From assembly GCA_028534125.1 (NCBI GenBank), contig CM052817.1, positions 51,276,001 to 51,340,000 of the forward strand: a DNA stretch of 64,000 nt, written 5' to 3'. Of this stretch, positions 38,978 through 52,730 are shown one piece after another. Within the stretch, counting starts at the first letter, position 1; every line of letters begins with the position of its first letter. Both the position numbers and the translations under genes were made by a program. Source of the DNA: Lama glama. Lineage: Eukaryota. The notes beneath the pieces were generated by a model. It saw only the letters and a program-made list of their open reading frames with translations, made no database searches and was not told the origin of the DNA.

Positions 38978-41900
38978 ATGGCAATAAACTTACATCTATC
39001 AATAATTACCATAAATGTCAATGGACCAAATGCTCCAATCAAAAGATATAAAGTGGTAGATTGGATAATAAAACAAGATCTCACAAAATGCTGCCTACAA
39101 GAGACCCACTTTAGGACAAAGAATACACACAGGTTGAAAGCGAGGGGATGGAAAAAGATATTTCATGCAAATGGAAATGACAAGAACACAGGGGTAGCAA
39201 TACTCATATCAAACAAGACAGACTTTAAAACAAAGGCCATAAAGAAAGATAGAGAAGGACACTACATAATGATAAAAGGATCAGTACAAGAAGAGGATAT
39301 TACACTTGTTAACATATATTCACCCAATATAGGAGAACCTAAATACATAAAACAAATATTAACAGATATAAAGGGAAGAAATTTATGAGAATACAGTAAT
39401 AATAGGAGATTTTAATCACTAATCTGCCCAATATCAATGGGCAGATCTCCCAGACAGAAAATCATTAAGGCAACAGAGATTCCAAATGATACAACAGACC
39501 AGTTAGACATCAATATCTTCAGGACATTAAATTAAAAACAAAACAACAGAATATACATTCTTTTCAAGTGCATATGGAACATTCTCTAGAATGGACCACA
39601 TACTAGGACATAAAACAAACCCTGACAAATTTAAGAGGATAGAAATTATTTCAAGCATCTTTTCGGACCACAACAGCATGAAATTAAAAATCAACCACAA
39701 AAAGAAAAACAAGGGGGAAAAAAAAGATTGCATGGAGACTAAACAGCATGCTACTAAAAAACCAATGGGCCAATAATGAAATTAGAAAAGAATTAAAAAA
39801 TACCTTGAGACAAATGGCAATGAAAATATAACCACATAAAATCCATGGGGTGTAGCAAAAGCAGTCCTAAGACTGAAGTTCACAGTGATAAAAGCCTTCT
39901 TCAAAAAAGCAAGAAAAATCTCAAATAAACAACTTAAACTACTATCTAAAAGAATTAGAAAAAGAACAAACAAAATGTAAAGTCAGTAGAAGTTACAAAA
40001 TAATAAAAATCAGGGAGAAAATAAATAAAATAGTGGTTAAAAATAAATCAAACCAAGAGCTGTTTTACTGAAAGAGTAAATGAAATAAACAAACTCCTCT
40101 GGCCAGGCTCACTAAGAAGAAAAGAGAGAGGATACAAATAAACAAAATAAGAAAGGAAAATGGAGAAATTACAACCAACACTACAGAAACACAAAAACCT
40201 ATAAGAGAATACTATGAACAACTATGTTTGTACAAACTGGACAAACCAAAAGAAATGGACAAGTTTCTAGAAACATGCAGCCAAACAAAACTGAATCAAG
40301 AATAAATGGATAATTTGAACAAACTGATCATTAGAAGTGAAACAGTATCTATAAAGCAAACAAACAAATGAACAAACAAAAAATTCACTGCAAACTAAAG
40401 TACAGGACAAGATGGCTTCGCTGAGGAATTCTACCAACATACAAAGAAAGAACTTATGCCAATCTTTCTCAAACTTTTCCAAAAGACTGAAGAGGAGGGA
40501 ACACTCCCAAAGTCATTCTATGAAGCCACCCTCACCCTGATACCACAACCAGACAAAGACACTACCAAAAAATAAATTACAGACCAGTATCTTTGGTGAA
40601 CATACATGGAAAAATTCTCAACAAAACATTAGCAAACTGAATCCAACAACACATAAAAAAGACCATACAGAATCATCTAGCTGGATTCATCCTAGGATCA
40701 CAAGGATGGTTCAACATACACAAATTAATGTGATACGCCACATGAATAAAAGAAAGGACAAAGCCACATAATCATCTCAATAGATGAAGAAAAAGCATTT
40801 GATAAAATTCAACATCCATTCATGATAAAAACTCCTACCAAAGTGGGTATAAAGAAGACATATCTCAACATAATAAAAGCTATTTATGATAAACCTACAG
40901 CCAACATAATACTCAATGGTGAAGTTGAAAGACTTCCCACTAAAGTCTGAATCAAGACAAGGATGCCCACACTCAGCACTTCTATTCAACATAGTATTGA
41001 AAGTCCTAGCCACAGCAATCAGACAAGAAAAATATGAAAGAGATCCAAATTGGAAGGGAAGAGGTAAAATTGCCAGTATATGCATAAGAACTGATAAAAT
41101 ATATAAAAAATCCTAAAGACTCCACACAAAAACCACTACAACTGATAAACAAATTCAGCAAGGTAGCAGGATACAACATTAACATACATAAATCTGTAGC
41201 ATTCCTTTACACTAACAATGAAATATCAGAAAGGGAAAGCAAAAAAAAAAAAAAAAATTTTAAAATCACATCAAAAAAATAAAATACTTAGGAGTTAACC
41301 TGACCAAAGAAGTGAAATGCTGAGAACTATAAAATATTTACAAAATAATTTGAAGATGACTTAAAGAAATGGAAAGATATCTCATGCTCTTGGATTGAAA
41401 AATTAATATTGTTAAAACGGCCATACTACTGAAAGCAATCTACAGGTTCAATGGGATCCTTATCAAATTACCCAGGACATTTTTCACAGAACTAGAACAA
41501 ATAATCCTAAAATGTATACGGAATCACAAAATAACCAGAATTGCTAAAGTAATACTGAAAAATAAGAACAAAGCTTGAGGCATCATAACCCTCTCAGACT
41601 TCAGACAATACTATAGAGCTATAGTAATCAAAATAGCATGGTATTGGCAGAAAAACATACGTATGGTTCAATGAAACAGAATGGAGAGCCCAGAAATAAA
41701 CCCACATACCCCCAGTCAATTAATTTTTGACAAAGGAGGCAAGAATATACAATGGAGAAAAGACAGTCTCTTTTACAAGCGGTGTAGGGAAAGCTGGACA
41801 GTGGCATGTAAATTAATGCATTTAGAACACTCCCTCATACCATACATAAAAATAAACTCAAATTGGCTTAGACTTAAACATAAGACAGGACACCATAAAT

Positions 41901-42108
41901 CTACTAGAAGAGAACATAGGCAAAACATTCTGACGTAAATCAGAGCAATGTTTTCCTAGGTCAGCCTACCAAGGCAATAGAAATAAAAGCAAAAATAAAT
42001 AAATGGGACCTAATCAAACTTCTAAGCTTTTGCAAAGCAAACCATAAACAAAATGAAAAGATAACCTACAGATGGAGAGAACATATTTGCAAATAAAATG
42101 ACAACAGG
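38978..42108 (+). pseudogene. L1 ORF2p remnant (APE endonuclease + reverse transcriptase), disrupted and 3'-truncated
   Basis: MAINLHLSIITINVNGPNAPIKR..CCLQETH..EGHYIMIKGS (EN), [29 protein letters not shown] (RT); many frameshifts; catalytic motif reads YA*E at 41079-41090. Confidence 0.95.
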
Positions 42109-44644
42109 TTTTGGATACAGAAAAACAACATGCTAAAGATTAGACAGCATTTAGAAAGGAAAGTGGGATGATACAGGAAAGATACTGGACATTAGAGATG
42201 TTTATAGGGAGTAACCACAACAAAATTGATCTTAATGTTGCAAAATTAGCAACATTTCTCAGAAAGTGTGTGAAAAGCAAGTAAGTGCATAAAGAATGGA
42301 TCTCTGGGGTCTACAAATATTTTAAGTGTCATAACAACAATAAAAATAAGCCAAGATTTCATTTTTTAAAAAGAGCTTATCTATCCAAGTCCTTTGTTAT
42401 ATTTTGTAGAATGGTTCCTTCTATCATCCAGTAATTGTCAGTGAGGAAAAGTAGGTATACTAGGAATATTACAAAAATAAAATTTTGCCTGTTTGATAGC
42501 ATGCCTATGTCATTTCAGGTCAGGCCAGAAGTAATATGAAGTGACAACGTCTACCTGGATTAAGCATTTGAGTATAAAAATGAATTCACTTTGTGCAGGG
42601 TCTTGTTTTTAATCTCTTGGCTCACTCTGGGTACCATGTATTTACAACCCATAAACTTTTAAAAGGCTAGAAATTATTGTACAGTTAGGAACATCTTTCA
42701 TACCCACACACACAGTTTGACCTACTAAGGGATTCAACATTTTTCTGGTTTGACATTTAGTTCCTGCCTCTGTAGATGAACTTGAAGGTGTCAGTCTGTG
42801 TGAGTATAACAAAGTTAATGAAAGTGAAGAAAAAAGATTTTTTTTTGGATAGGTTGCTATATATACCTTCTTCAAATATCTTCTCCCTTGGTTTAGGCAT
42901 GTATTAACAACAGTGTTTATTCCCATACACGATGCATAGAAAGGTGTCTATTTTCAAATTAATCTATTTTTAAATGGGCTTGTTAATATGACATAATTAT
43001 TCATGGCAAAAAGAGTGTGATGTTCCTCCACTTCAAAATAAAAGTTACACTAATCTCTGGAGAAACCCAATCCTATTCCCTTTTTGTAAACACTCTGACT
43101 TCATCCGAAAATGTATTGTAACTTTACCCAAAATATAAAGAAGATAGACTTTTGCATCCTACAGAGCAAAGGTGCTATTAAACATAAAGTAGATAAAATA
43201 AACAACATTTTTACTTTTATAATCAAACATCTGGATCAAAAATTTCAAAAGATTATTTATTCCATAGTAACTGCATATTGGATTCCACTCAGAAATTCAG
43301 TGTTTTAATAGCAGTAGAATTTCTTTCACATTCAAATTAAAGACTTAGATTTACTTATTTTAACTTATCTGAGCAAGAGTTCTACAATTCGTAGCAAATT
43401 TAGAAAACAAAATGTAAATCCAAAAGAAAGAAAAAGAAATAGTGTGTCTCATGGCTAGCCCAAAATTGAATTAATACTGAAGACTGTACTTGCGTTGGAG
43501 GTAAAATTTCATATCAGCAGTTGGAGTAGATCCTAGATTGTATTCAAATTTGTATTTCCAGGAGTGAAAATACAAGCAATAATAACCTTTAGCTAGGAAG
43601 AAGAAAAAATATCTGCACAATATAGGGTTTTTTTATTAAGACCTTTGTTAATTTGTACTCAGAAATGTTTTAAAAAATTAAATTAGAAAAAAGTAATGTG
43701 AAGGTAAGAAAAAAATTAGTTGGTTTTCCTGGTTTTCAGCATGGCTCAGACAGCTCTTTAGAAATTATGATCTATGCCTCTTTGTAACTTACTTGGAAAC
43801 AGTAACAGATTGTTTGAATAAATAACTACACATTAGTAAGAATTGGTTTTTATGTCCCTACATTTTTCACTTGTTCACCCCCTTTTCTTAGTAAAGGAAA
43901 GATAAAGATTACAGTCAAATAATGATAGAACTCTTGACACATTAACACTTTTACACATGTTCAGTGAGGCTGTGGCAGTGACAGACCCATGTTAGAGCAA
44001 AGAATGGAGATGGCTCAAAGTCACCTCTTCCTTTTATCTCTTACCTGCTTTTGTGGGTCTTCTCTGGATGTCAGAAAAGTGTGGGGGGGAAAGATTAAAA
44101 ACAGACATGACATTTTCTCTTGTACTGTTGACATTTTAAAAAACATACCCAAATGTTTCCTTAGTCAGAAAGACCTATTCTAAAATTAAAGCACAAAATG
44201 CCACTTTCTGACTATACAGAGTATACAGCCTGGTTTTCTTCCTATGAAAAATATCTTTGGAAGTTTCTTGTAAATTACTGCATTCTTAACTTTCACACTT
44301 TGCCTAAAACCACCTTCTCAGGAAAGGATGGTTGTCCACAGTAAGATGCATGGATAAGCGTTGTAAATATTTCAAAATTATTTATATTAAGTATAATTTC
44401 CATTACTTCATGTTGAGTAACTTTTATCTGCTAGGTATTGTGCTATTTGTTGGGGACACTTAATATGTAACACACAATTTTTCTTCTCAAATTTATACAG
44501 GCTCCAGTTTTCTTTTATTTAAAAAAAAACTACTAAAACTATTTGTTTTTACTCCTAAAACTCTATCTGTTAATGAACATAAGATTACTCAGTAAATAAA
44601 ATAAAAACACACTGGCTAAACTATAAAATGAAATTAGCTTTAGA

Positions 44645-45165
44645 TTTTATTCAATTTTTATATATTTTAAAGGTTATTTTCCATTTACAATTATTACAAA
44701 ATATTGGCTATATTCCTTGTGTTGTGTAATACATCCTTGAGTCTTCATACACCCACTACTTTGTATCTCTAACCCCTATATTGCCCCTTCTTCCCAATGG
44801 TAACCATTAGCTTGTTCTCTATGAGTCTGCTTCTTTTTTGTTGTATTTGCTAGTTTGCTGTATTTTTTTAGATTCCATATATAAGTGACATCATACAGTA
44901 TCTGCCTTTCTCTGTATGACTTATTTCACTTAGTATAATGCCCTCCAAGTCCATCCATGTTGTTGCAAATGGCAAATTTTTGTATTTTTATGGCTGAGTA
45001 GTATTCTATTTGTGTGTGTGTGTGTGTGCGTGTGTGTGTGTACCACATCTTCTTTATCTATTCATCTGTTGATGGACACTGAGGTTGCTTCTGGCAATTG
45101 GTGATTATAAATAACATTATGAACATTGGGGTGCACATATCTTTTCGAATTACTGGTCTTGTTTC
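44645..45165 (-). mobile_element. LINE-1 3' fragment
   Basis: 'aaaatattggctatattccttgtg..gattccatatataagtgacatcatacagta..gtccatccatgttgttgcaaatggca..gatggacact..gaacattggggtgcac'. Confidence 0.9.
45011..45041. repeat. (TG)n microsatellite within L1 fragment
   Basis: Directly visible. Confidence 0.95.
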
Positions 45166-46644
45166 ATGCTTTACTTCAATAAATGTTGACTGAGCTTTTA
45201 TTATGTACTAGGTACTGTGCAGTAACTCACCTGTCTACAGTTTCCCTCTCTATACCTACTCATGAGTCCAAAGTCTGTCTTAGAATCTTGCGTCTCACAA
45301 CGATCTCAATTTGAAATACCAACCACATCCTCTTTATTACTGTGAAGCTCACACACTATTCAGTATTCAATTAGTAGTCACTTTATTTATACCTGTTCTA
45401 CTACCATGTAGTAATATTACCTTCCTCCAAATAGCTACAATATTTAGTTAATCCTGTCTTTTGAACATACTCTGCATTGTTACTTTTTTTTCTCATATGT
45501 ATATTTCCTACCACAATGACACACAAACTAACTTTAACTTGGGTCATGTGTGTCTAGAACAATTTTACACACATAGAAGGTATCTGATTTTTTTTTAGGT
45601 TTTCTTGAAAATAGTAAAATCTATATTCCTCCTACTTAATCCTTGCACTTAATTAGACATAGTTTTTGTTTTCATCATAAAGTAAAATGAATCTTCAAGG
45701 CCCACTGTTTCTCTTTTCTTCTATTCATTCAGCAAATAGATACCATTAGTTTCTTCTTTCTCCGTACATTAAAACAAGCAATAAGAAACGTATTTGGCTA
45801 AACTTAATCCATGGACTACAGAGACAGCTTTGAGTAGCTAACTGTACAAGCTTTTGTGACAGACAACTTGAGTTTAGATTCTTCCTCTTATTTTTGAGGT
45901 TTCTGAGCTTCAGCAAGTTTCTTATACCCATGACTTAATTTGGTCATCTACAGAGTTAAAAAAAACAAAGCAATAACAACAACAAAAGACCTCCTAGTTC
46001 TGTGTGTGGTTTAAAGTTAGTGTCTATAGTGCACTCCATAAGCATTAACTCTTCTCTATCATTAATCAATCTACATATGGACCTAGAAAGAGTTGACTTG
46101 ACTGTGTTCAGTTTATGTGTAAAGAACATCCACAGAGACAACCCTTATATAAAAGAACACTTTATCCATCAAGCTCTATCAACAATTATTTTCCCAGGTT
46201 CTGTTTTTACACAAATGTGTAAAATGCATACCTCTAAAGAAGTAAGTCAGTCATCTGAAATGACTCTTAATTTATTTTGCAAAATAAATACTCATATCCA
46301 CATCAATACCAGGAACGTATTTATTATTAAATATCTACTTGATAAACTATAAGAAGAAAATGAATACTATTTGCAAAAGTAAAATTATGGCAATAAATTT
46401 TCATATAATTATTGATTTTAGATTTAATATAGCTTGTAAATAAATATTAATACAATATGTTAGTTGTGTTTCAGAAACATGTAAGACGTTTAAACAGTCA
46501 AAGCCACAAAGCCCATTTGTGTTAGTGTATTGAAGAACCCTGTGCATTGAATCGGTAGAATCTGAATAAAAAAGGATTAAAATTGACTTGTCATTTTTTA
46601 GTCTTTTAAGTCCTATGACTTATATTACTTTCTTAATGTTCTAA

Positions 46645-46961
46645 AGATGAATTTATCCACAAAACAGAAACAGACTCACAGACATAGTAAACATTTTTAT
46701 GCTTACCGGAGGAAAGGGGGTGTGAAGGGATAAATTTGGGAGTTTGAGATTTGCAAATGTTAGCCCCTATATGTAAAAATAGATTAAGAAAACAAATTTC
46801 TTCTGTATAACACAGGGAACTATATTCAATATCTTATAATAACCTTTTATGAAAACAAATATATGCATGTATATGCATGACTGGGACATTGTGCTGTATA
46901 CCAGAAACTGATACACTGTAACTCACTATACTCAATAAAAAAATTTTTAGATAAAAAAAAA
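46645..46961 (+). mobile_element. Short 5'-truncated L1 3'UTR + A-tail
   Basis: Closely similar to the 3'UTR at 10975-11285 ('cagacatagtaaaca..gggataaatttgggagtttgagatttgcaaatgttagcc..cacagggaactatattca'). Confidence 0.92.
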
Positions 46962-48979
46962 CTGCAGATGTTATAAGAAAGCTGTTTTAGATGATCTCCA
47001 AAGTGGAAACATGTTCAAGAAGTGTAAACTACATCAAAGTAACATATACAGTAAGTGCTAGAGTTTGGACATGAACTCAGCTTATGCCACTTGAGGTCTT
47101 TTCATTACCCTATGCTGAACTAATGTTCCTTTTTTTTGAAACACAAAAATGTTTCATTTTTATTTCATTACATTGAATAAATTATTGCCCAAAATGTACT
47201 GTGGGCAAAATCTTAAATAGCATGTTGTACATACAAAATACAGGCACAAAAATAAACGTACAGTTGGAGTCACAATTATTAGCTCCACTAAATTAGAAAA
47301 TTTGTCTAATACCTTCCTAAAGACAAAAGTAATGTAGTCTATTGGATTTTAATTCATCCCTATCACTTTATAAAACATAAACACATGTGTATATAGATTT
47401 TTGAGCATAATTTTAAGGAATTAAAATGAGACTTTAGTGAACTTAAGGTGCATGTTATTAGGACGCCTCCAAATATTGCTTGATTGGTTCTGTATAATCA
47501 TGAGGCTTGTTTACTTCAATTCTGTATTATCTCACTGCATATGACCGTCTGTTGGAATTAGTATTTGAAAGGGTGATTCAAACACAATGTTGAAGTTCTA
47601 TCAAATTTAGACACATTTTCCATTTTCAAATTCTAATTAGATGCTCCTTTCTGCTGACACTCCATCTTTTCCAATGTTTGAAGCTGCCTTAACTGAAACC
47701 TGAATGATCTCTACGCATGCTAAACTTCTGCTTCATGGTTGATTAACTTCTTATGTGCATCTTCTACACCTTACAAGACAGTGTGGAATATAGTAAATGT
47801 TGAGAAAATTAATTATTATCAAGAAACTTAAAGGACTTTGATCTTATAAAATATCACCTTGTTCAAAGCTGAAGAAACTTACAAATAAAAATCAGTGGTT
47901 TCTGACATATTTTTGAAAGTTTACTGTTCCCTGAAAAGAATGTTAAAAAAAAAATCTATCAAAGCTTGTAGAAAAGTCAGCTATCAAAAACATCACTATT
48001 TTTTCAGTGAATGCCTCCTGTTCAAAACATATCCTTAAAGTCACTGTCTTGAGATTTGATGTCAGTGGAAAGCATTTTGTCTATTGATTCACCGAAACAA
48101 ACAAAACATACACCATCATTGTCATTAAATTGTTAAACTAACAAAAAAAGAGAGAAAATATAAGATCACTATTATTAGACATGGAGAGAGAGAGATAAAG
48201 AATTATAAAGACTTGGTATTAAGTTCTGAAGATCTTACTTTTATTAAGTTCAACTTGCTAGGAATACCGTCTATTTTAAAAGAAGTCATTTTGATGTTTT
48301 AATTATGTCTTTGAGTAGCGGGTGGAAAACTACAATGATAAAGAAAACATTATATAAAAGACCAAGATAAGTGCTAACAGACCATACTGTTAAAAAAAAA
48401 AAAAACTAGATGACATATATAAAACACCAAAAACAGCTTTGTTTCTCATCAAAGACTTGGCTATATATAAAGAGAAAAATTGGGTTTTGTACCAATACTG
48501 TATCCATTAGAGTTTTTAAATATGTTTGCATATAGCTTCAAGTAACTTTCAACAAAAGTATAGGTAGGACTGGCCTCTTAAAAATCTGGACTAGTAAGAG
48601 AAAATGCTTTTCTTCCATTCTGACTATTATGGTAGAATCAGGAGGTTGTGGATGCTACTGAAGAAGACCTTAAAGACAAGATTCTCAAACCTGAGTTGTA
48701 ATGAGATTTACTATGCATCTTGGTAATGAGGAAGATGACTGGAATCAGTTGGGAGTTCAAGAACTCCTTTTTTCATATTCCTCTTCTCTTTGCTTCCTTT
48801 GAGAGGGCTTTTGCAAAATGACTTTTTTTGTAGTGTGGAGTAACATTGGTTTGGATTCACTAAAACTTGGTAGAATTACAGACTATTCTGATTTCCTTTC
48901 ATTTGTAAGAAAGGGATAATAGTAATAACCTCTTAAAGCAATTGTGCAAATCTAACTTCTGTGAAAAAAATTTTTATGG

Positions 48980-49465
48980 TGTTTTATCAGTTAGGGTCCA
49001 TCTAGGGAAACAGAAACTTCTCTCAAAATGTTTGAAATAGGAGCTTGTCACACTGGTAATACAAGAGCTATGAAGTCAAATGGGATGGTGAAGTATTATC
49101 AACAGCAGGAGACACTACAAATTCTAAGTTTATTATAAAGTCAAGAGGCAGTAACATTGGCACCTAGAAAATGGGTGTGCCACGAGCTGCTAGAACCACA
49201 TGGAGCTTATTTAGTCAGAGCTGAAGCCAAGGGGGAATATGGGATCTGCCAGAGAAAGGAGGAGAAAATACCCTGGCTTCTCCCTTAGATCCACTCTAAT
49301 CCCTCAAACACTGCTTACTATTGGTTTCTCAGCCACAAGTCTGCTACTACAGGAACTTGGACAATGTAGCCTTTATGGTCAGTTCCCTATTATTTTGAGC
49401 CCAGCATCACTTAGGCAAAGAATGGATTTGAGGGAAAAAAAAAACCCACAAAGGACTGGTTCATA
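48980..49465 (-). mobile_element. Ancient solo LTR (ERVL/MaLR type, LTR33-like)
   Basis: 'tcagttagggtccatctagggaaacagaaac..ggagaaaataccctggcttctccctt..ggacaatgtagcc..gcaaagaatggatttgaggg' resembles recalled LTR33-like consensus. Confidence 0.55.
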
Positions 49466-50099
49466 GTTCACATATGTGCTTGGTAAATGGTGCATCTTTT
49501 TGTATCTGTTATTCACTTGTTAAGAAAAAATTTATTTTACTCAAACAAGTGAGTTTAACAAAGTTAAATAAGATTGTCTATTTCAGGATTGTCAGAACTT
49601 TATGCTGAATGTGACTCTTGTAAAAAGTTAATTTATTATTTACTCTCCCAAATTTAATTTATCTTGAAATCCTTCATCCTTGATTGAGCATTTTGATGAA
49701 ATTAGAATCTTTACCTGTATACCTATAAACCCTATTAAATTTATGTAATTTTGATCTTCTTGCTTCACTGGTGTTATTCTTGGGACAGATCACAGCTAAT
49801 AATACAGAAAGGAAATACAAGGATCAGTAACTGATTTAAAACCATGTTCTGACTCCAAATTATTAAAATATTCACTAATATTCAAAGACAATTGTTTCAA
49901 AACAACTGATGAACACATATAAATTGTCCAGGAATCATCATGGCCCCCAGATTATCAGATCTTGGAGTAGGCTATTTCTACAAAGGCACATTAAAGTAGA
50001 AACTGATCCTGACATCTTATTTTCCCAGCCTCCTCTCTTGCCATTTCCCAATACTCCTCCAGACTTCCTTCTTATCTTCATCTTCACCATTATCCAGGG

Positions 50100-50390
50100 A
50101 TTTCCTTCAAAATTCTCAATTTAAGTGTTACATATTTTATAAAATCTGTCCAGATGTCCCTCTATACAAAATTAATCGCTTTTTCCATTCAGTTATAATT
50201 GCTCCTGCTATGTTTCTATTATGCCACTTATCATATTTCATCATAGATAGCGAGATGCTTGTCTGTCTCCTCTGATACAATACAAATCCTAAAGTTAGAG
50301 ATTACTTTTCATGCTTGCCTATATTCTGAGCTCTCTGCATACTAACTGAATCTTTGTACCCACTCAATAAATATTTATTAAAATTACTTA
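50100..50390 (+). mobile_element. L2 3'-end fragment
   Basis: 'tgcttgtctgtctcctctgatacaatacaaatcct..cactcaataaatatttattaaa' matches the L2 terminus. Confidence 0.6.
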
Positions 50391-52124
50391 AACTTTGGCC
50401 CATAAAAGTATACGAAAACAAAGAAAACATACTTTAGAAATTACAACTTGCTGTATTGTATTGTCTGAGAAACTTCCTGAATTATTTAATTCACATTGTA
50501 TGTTAAGGCATAACCTTAATATAAACATCCTATTAAAATAATATTCCATGGACAAACTCATTTAACTCAATCTCCACTAAGTAAATTCCTTATGCACCCC
50601 AATACTTCAATTTGGTATTCATCCACGTACCTTCCCTCCTGTGTACAAATGGATAACCCTCTATTTTACCCCCAAGGCATATTCAAGCTTGAAAAGGGCT
50701 GTAGTAATCCAAAAAGAGAAGTGTACGCTGTTCATTCCAGCAAACCATGACTATCAAAGAGAATGCCAAAGGGCATTATTCATTAAAAAATGAATTAACA
50801 AGGCTTTCTGCAATTTCGCTGCAGATTTTTCTTTTACAAAAGACTAAAAGAATGCATGATGCAGTGGATCCAAAAGCAAAAAAATGCATTCTGGCAACTA
50901 TTCAAATGCAAATTTGGCTATGCTGAGTGTTCAGGTGACAGCCTGGGTGTTTATATATTGTCTATCATTGTAACAGTGAAGCATTCAGACAACCTAATTA
51001 GGTTATTAAAATTACCTGTTTGAGAGAGACTAGATGTCCCTGAAAAACTTCTATATAAAGCTATTTTTGAATGGCAGAGAAAGGTGTACCAGAATCTCTT
51101 ATATAAATAGAAGGCTCATGAAAAAATAACCAAAAAAGACAAATAAAACAAACAAAAGCAAAAGCAAAAGCAAAACACAATTTTGTTTATTAGGTTGAGA
51201 AATACAATCTCTGTGTAATTATTTAAGAGGTCAGACTGTTTCACTTTAGCCTATATACTATGTTTCAAATTTGTGACTCTCCCTTAATGTGTATTAGTAA
51301 TTTGAACCATTCTTGCATTACCAATTAGCCTGGTCTATCACATGTATTTTTACTATGTCCACTCTCTCCTTTAGGGACTCATGGTTTTGCCACTGTTTGT
51401 AATCCTCTCTACTATAAACAATCTCTGGAAATTTTAAATTTTAAAATGATAATTATTATATTTTGGTTTCTTTTTTCTCATCCTTTGTGAAAAGAGCAAC
51501 ATTATAAGAATGTTTGGGTAAGAAAATTCTAACATCAAGGTTTTATTTTCTACATGAAGTTTGTGGTATTATCTCAGTACAGTTACATACAGAATGGCTG
51601 GAACATTCGGAATTTATCAGTGTGAAAATCAGTGAAATAAATACTCATGGGTTTAATGTACATTTTAGAATAAACTGAACACAGGAATTATATTTTTTAT
51701 AAAAATTCATAACTTGAATAATTCCCACAGTGAAAGGCTAACATTTGCCTTTGCACAATTTTCATAGAAAAGGTATATTAAGTGAATTTTAAGCAACCCT
51801 GATTAATAGAATTATTTAACCCACATAAAGAAGAAATGTTCTTAACTAGTAGACAATCTCAAGGCTGGTCATCAAAGCAACAGCCTACCTTATGGCCCAA
51901 TTTACTTTTGCGGAATTACCTCTATTAGAACCCCACACATACTTCTTGTGCTTTAGCCAACTTGGAGTACTTGCAGTTTTCAGGACACAACACGCATTTA
52001 ATAATGTTTGCCATGTAGACCACTCCATTTTCTCTACCTACAATCCCCTCTTTGCTATGTACTAGACAGTACTGCATAATTTTTATGTTTCAAGGCATTT
52101 CAAGATTTATCCTTTTATTATTAA

Positions 52125-52730
52125 AAATATATCCAGGAAAGACAAAAACTCTAATTTGAAAAGATACGTGCACCTCAATGTTCACAACAGCATCATTTAC
52201 AATATCCAAGACATAGAAACAACCTAAATGTCCATCAATAGATGAATGGCTAAAGCTGTGGTATATATATGGAATGGAATATTACTCGGCCATAAAAAGG
52301 AATGAAATAATGCCGTTTGCAGCAACATGAATGGACCTAGAGAGTATCAGAGTAAGTGAAGTAAGTCAAAGACAAATATCATATGATATAATTTATATGT
52401 GGAATATAAAAAAGGGTAAAAATGAACTTATTTACAAAATAAAAATAGACTCAGAAATAAAAAACAAACTTACGGTTACCAAAGAGGGATGAGGGATAAA
52501 TTAGGAGTTTGGGATTAACAGATCACACACTGCTATATATAAAACAGATAAGAACCTACTGTATAGCACAGGGAACTATATTCAGTATCTTGTAACAAAC
52601 AATAATGGAAAAGTATTTGAAAAAGAATAAACATATATGTATAATTGAATCACTTTTCTGTACAGTTGAAACTAACACATTGTAAATTAACTATTCTCCA
52701 TTAAAAATGAACAAAGAAAAAAAATAAAAG
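52125..52730 (+). mobile_element. 5'-truncated L1 (ORF2 end + 3'UTR + A-rich tail)
   Basis: 'aagatacgtgcacctcaatgttcacaacagcatcatttacaat..aacctaaatgtccatcaatagatgaatgg..gtatagcacagggaactatattcag'. Confidence 0.92.

Larger units (their letters stand above)
36158..42108 (+). mobile_element. Near full-length LINE-1 (5'UTR, ORF1, inter-ORF, ORF2) lacking its 3' ~1 kb
   Basis: Starts 'ggaggggagttcgagatggcag' (YY1-like motif typical of L1 5' ends); GC-richer 5'UTR to ~37650; ORF1 and ORF2 remnants; similarity ends after 'gagaacatatttgcaaat' with no 3'UTR or poly-A. Confidence 0.95.

Noticed and set aside
36158..42108. Active or domesticated L1
   Set aside because: Both ORFs carry many stops and frameshifts, the RT catalytic motif is destroyed and the 3' end is missing.
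46645..46961. This L1 tail as the missing 3' end of the 36-42 kb L1
   Set aside because: It is 4.5 kb away across unrelated DNA, about 0.7 kb of L1 would still be missing, and no TSD matches the 36158 flank.
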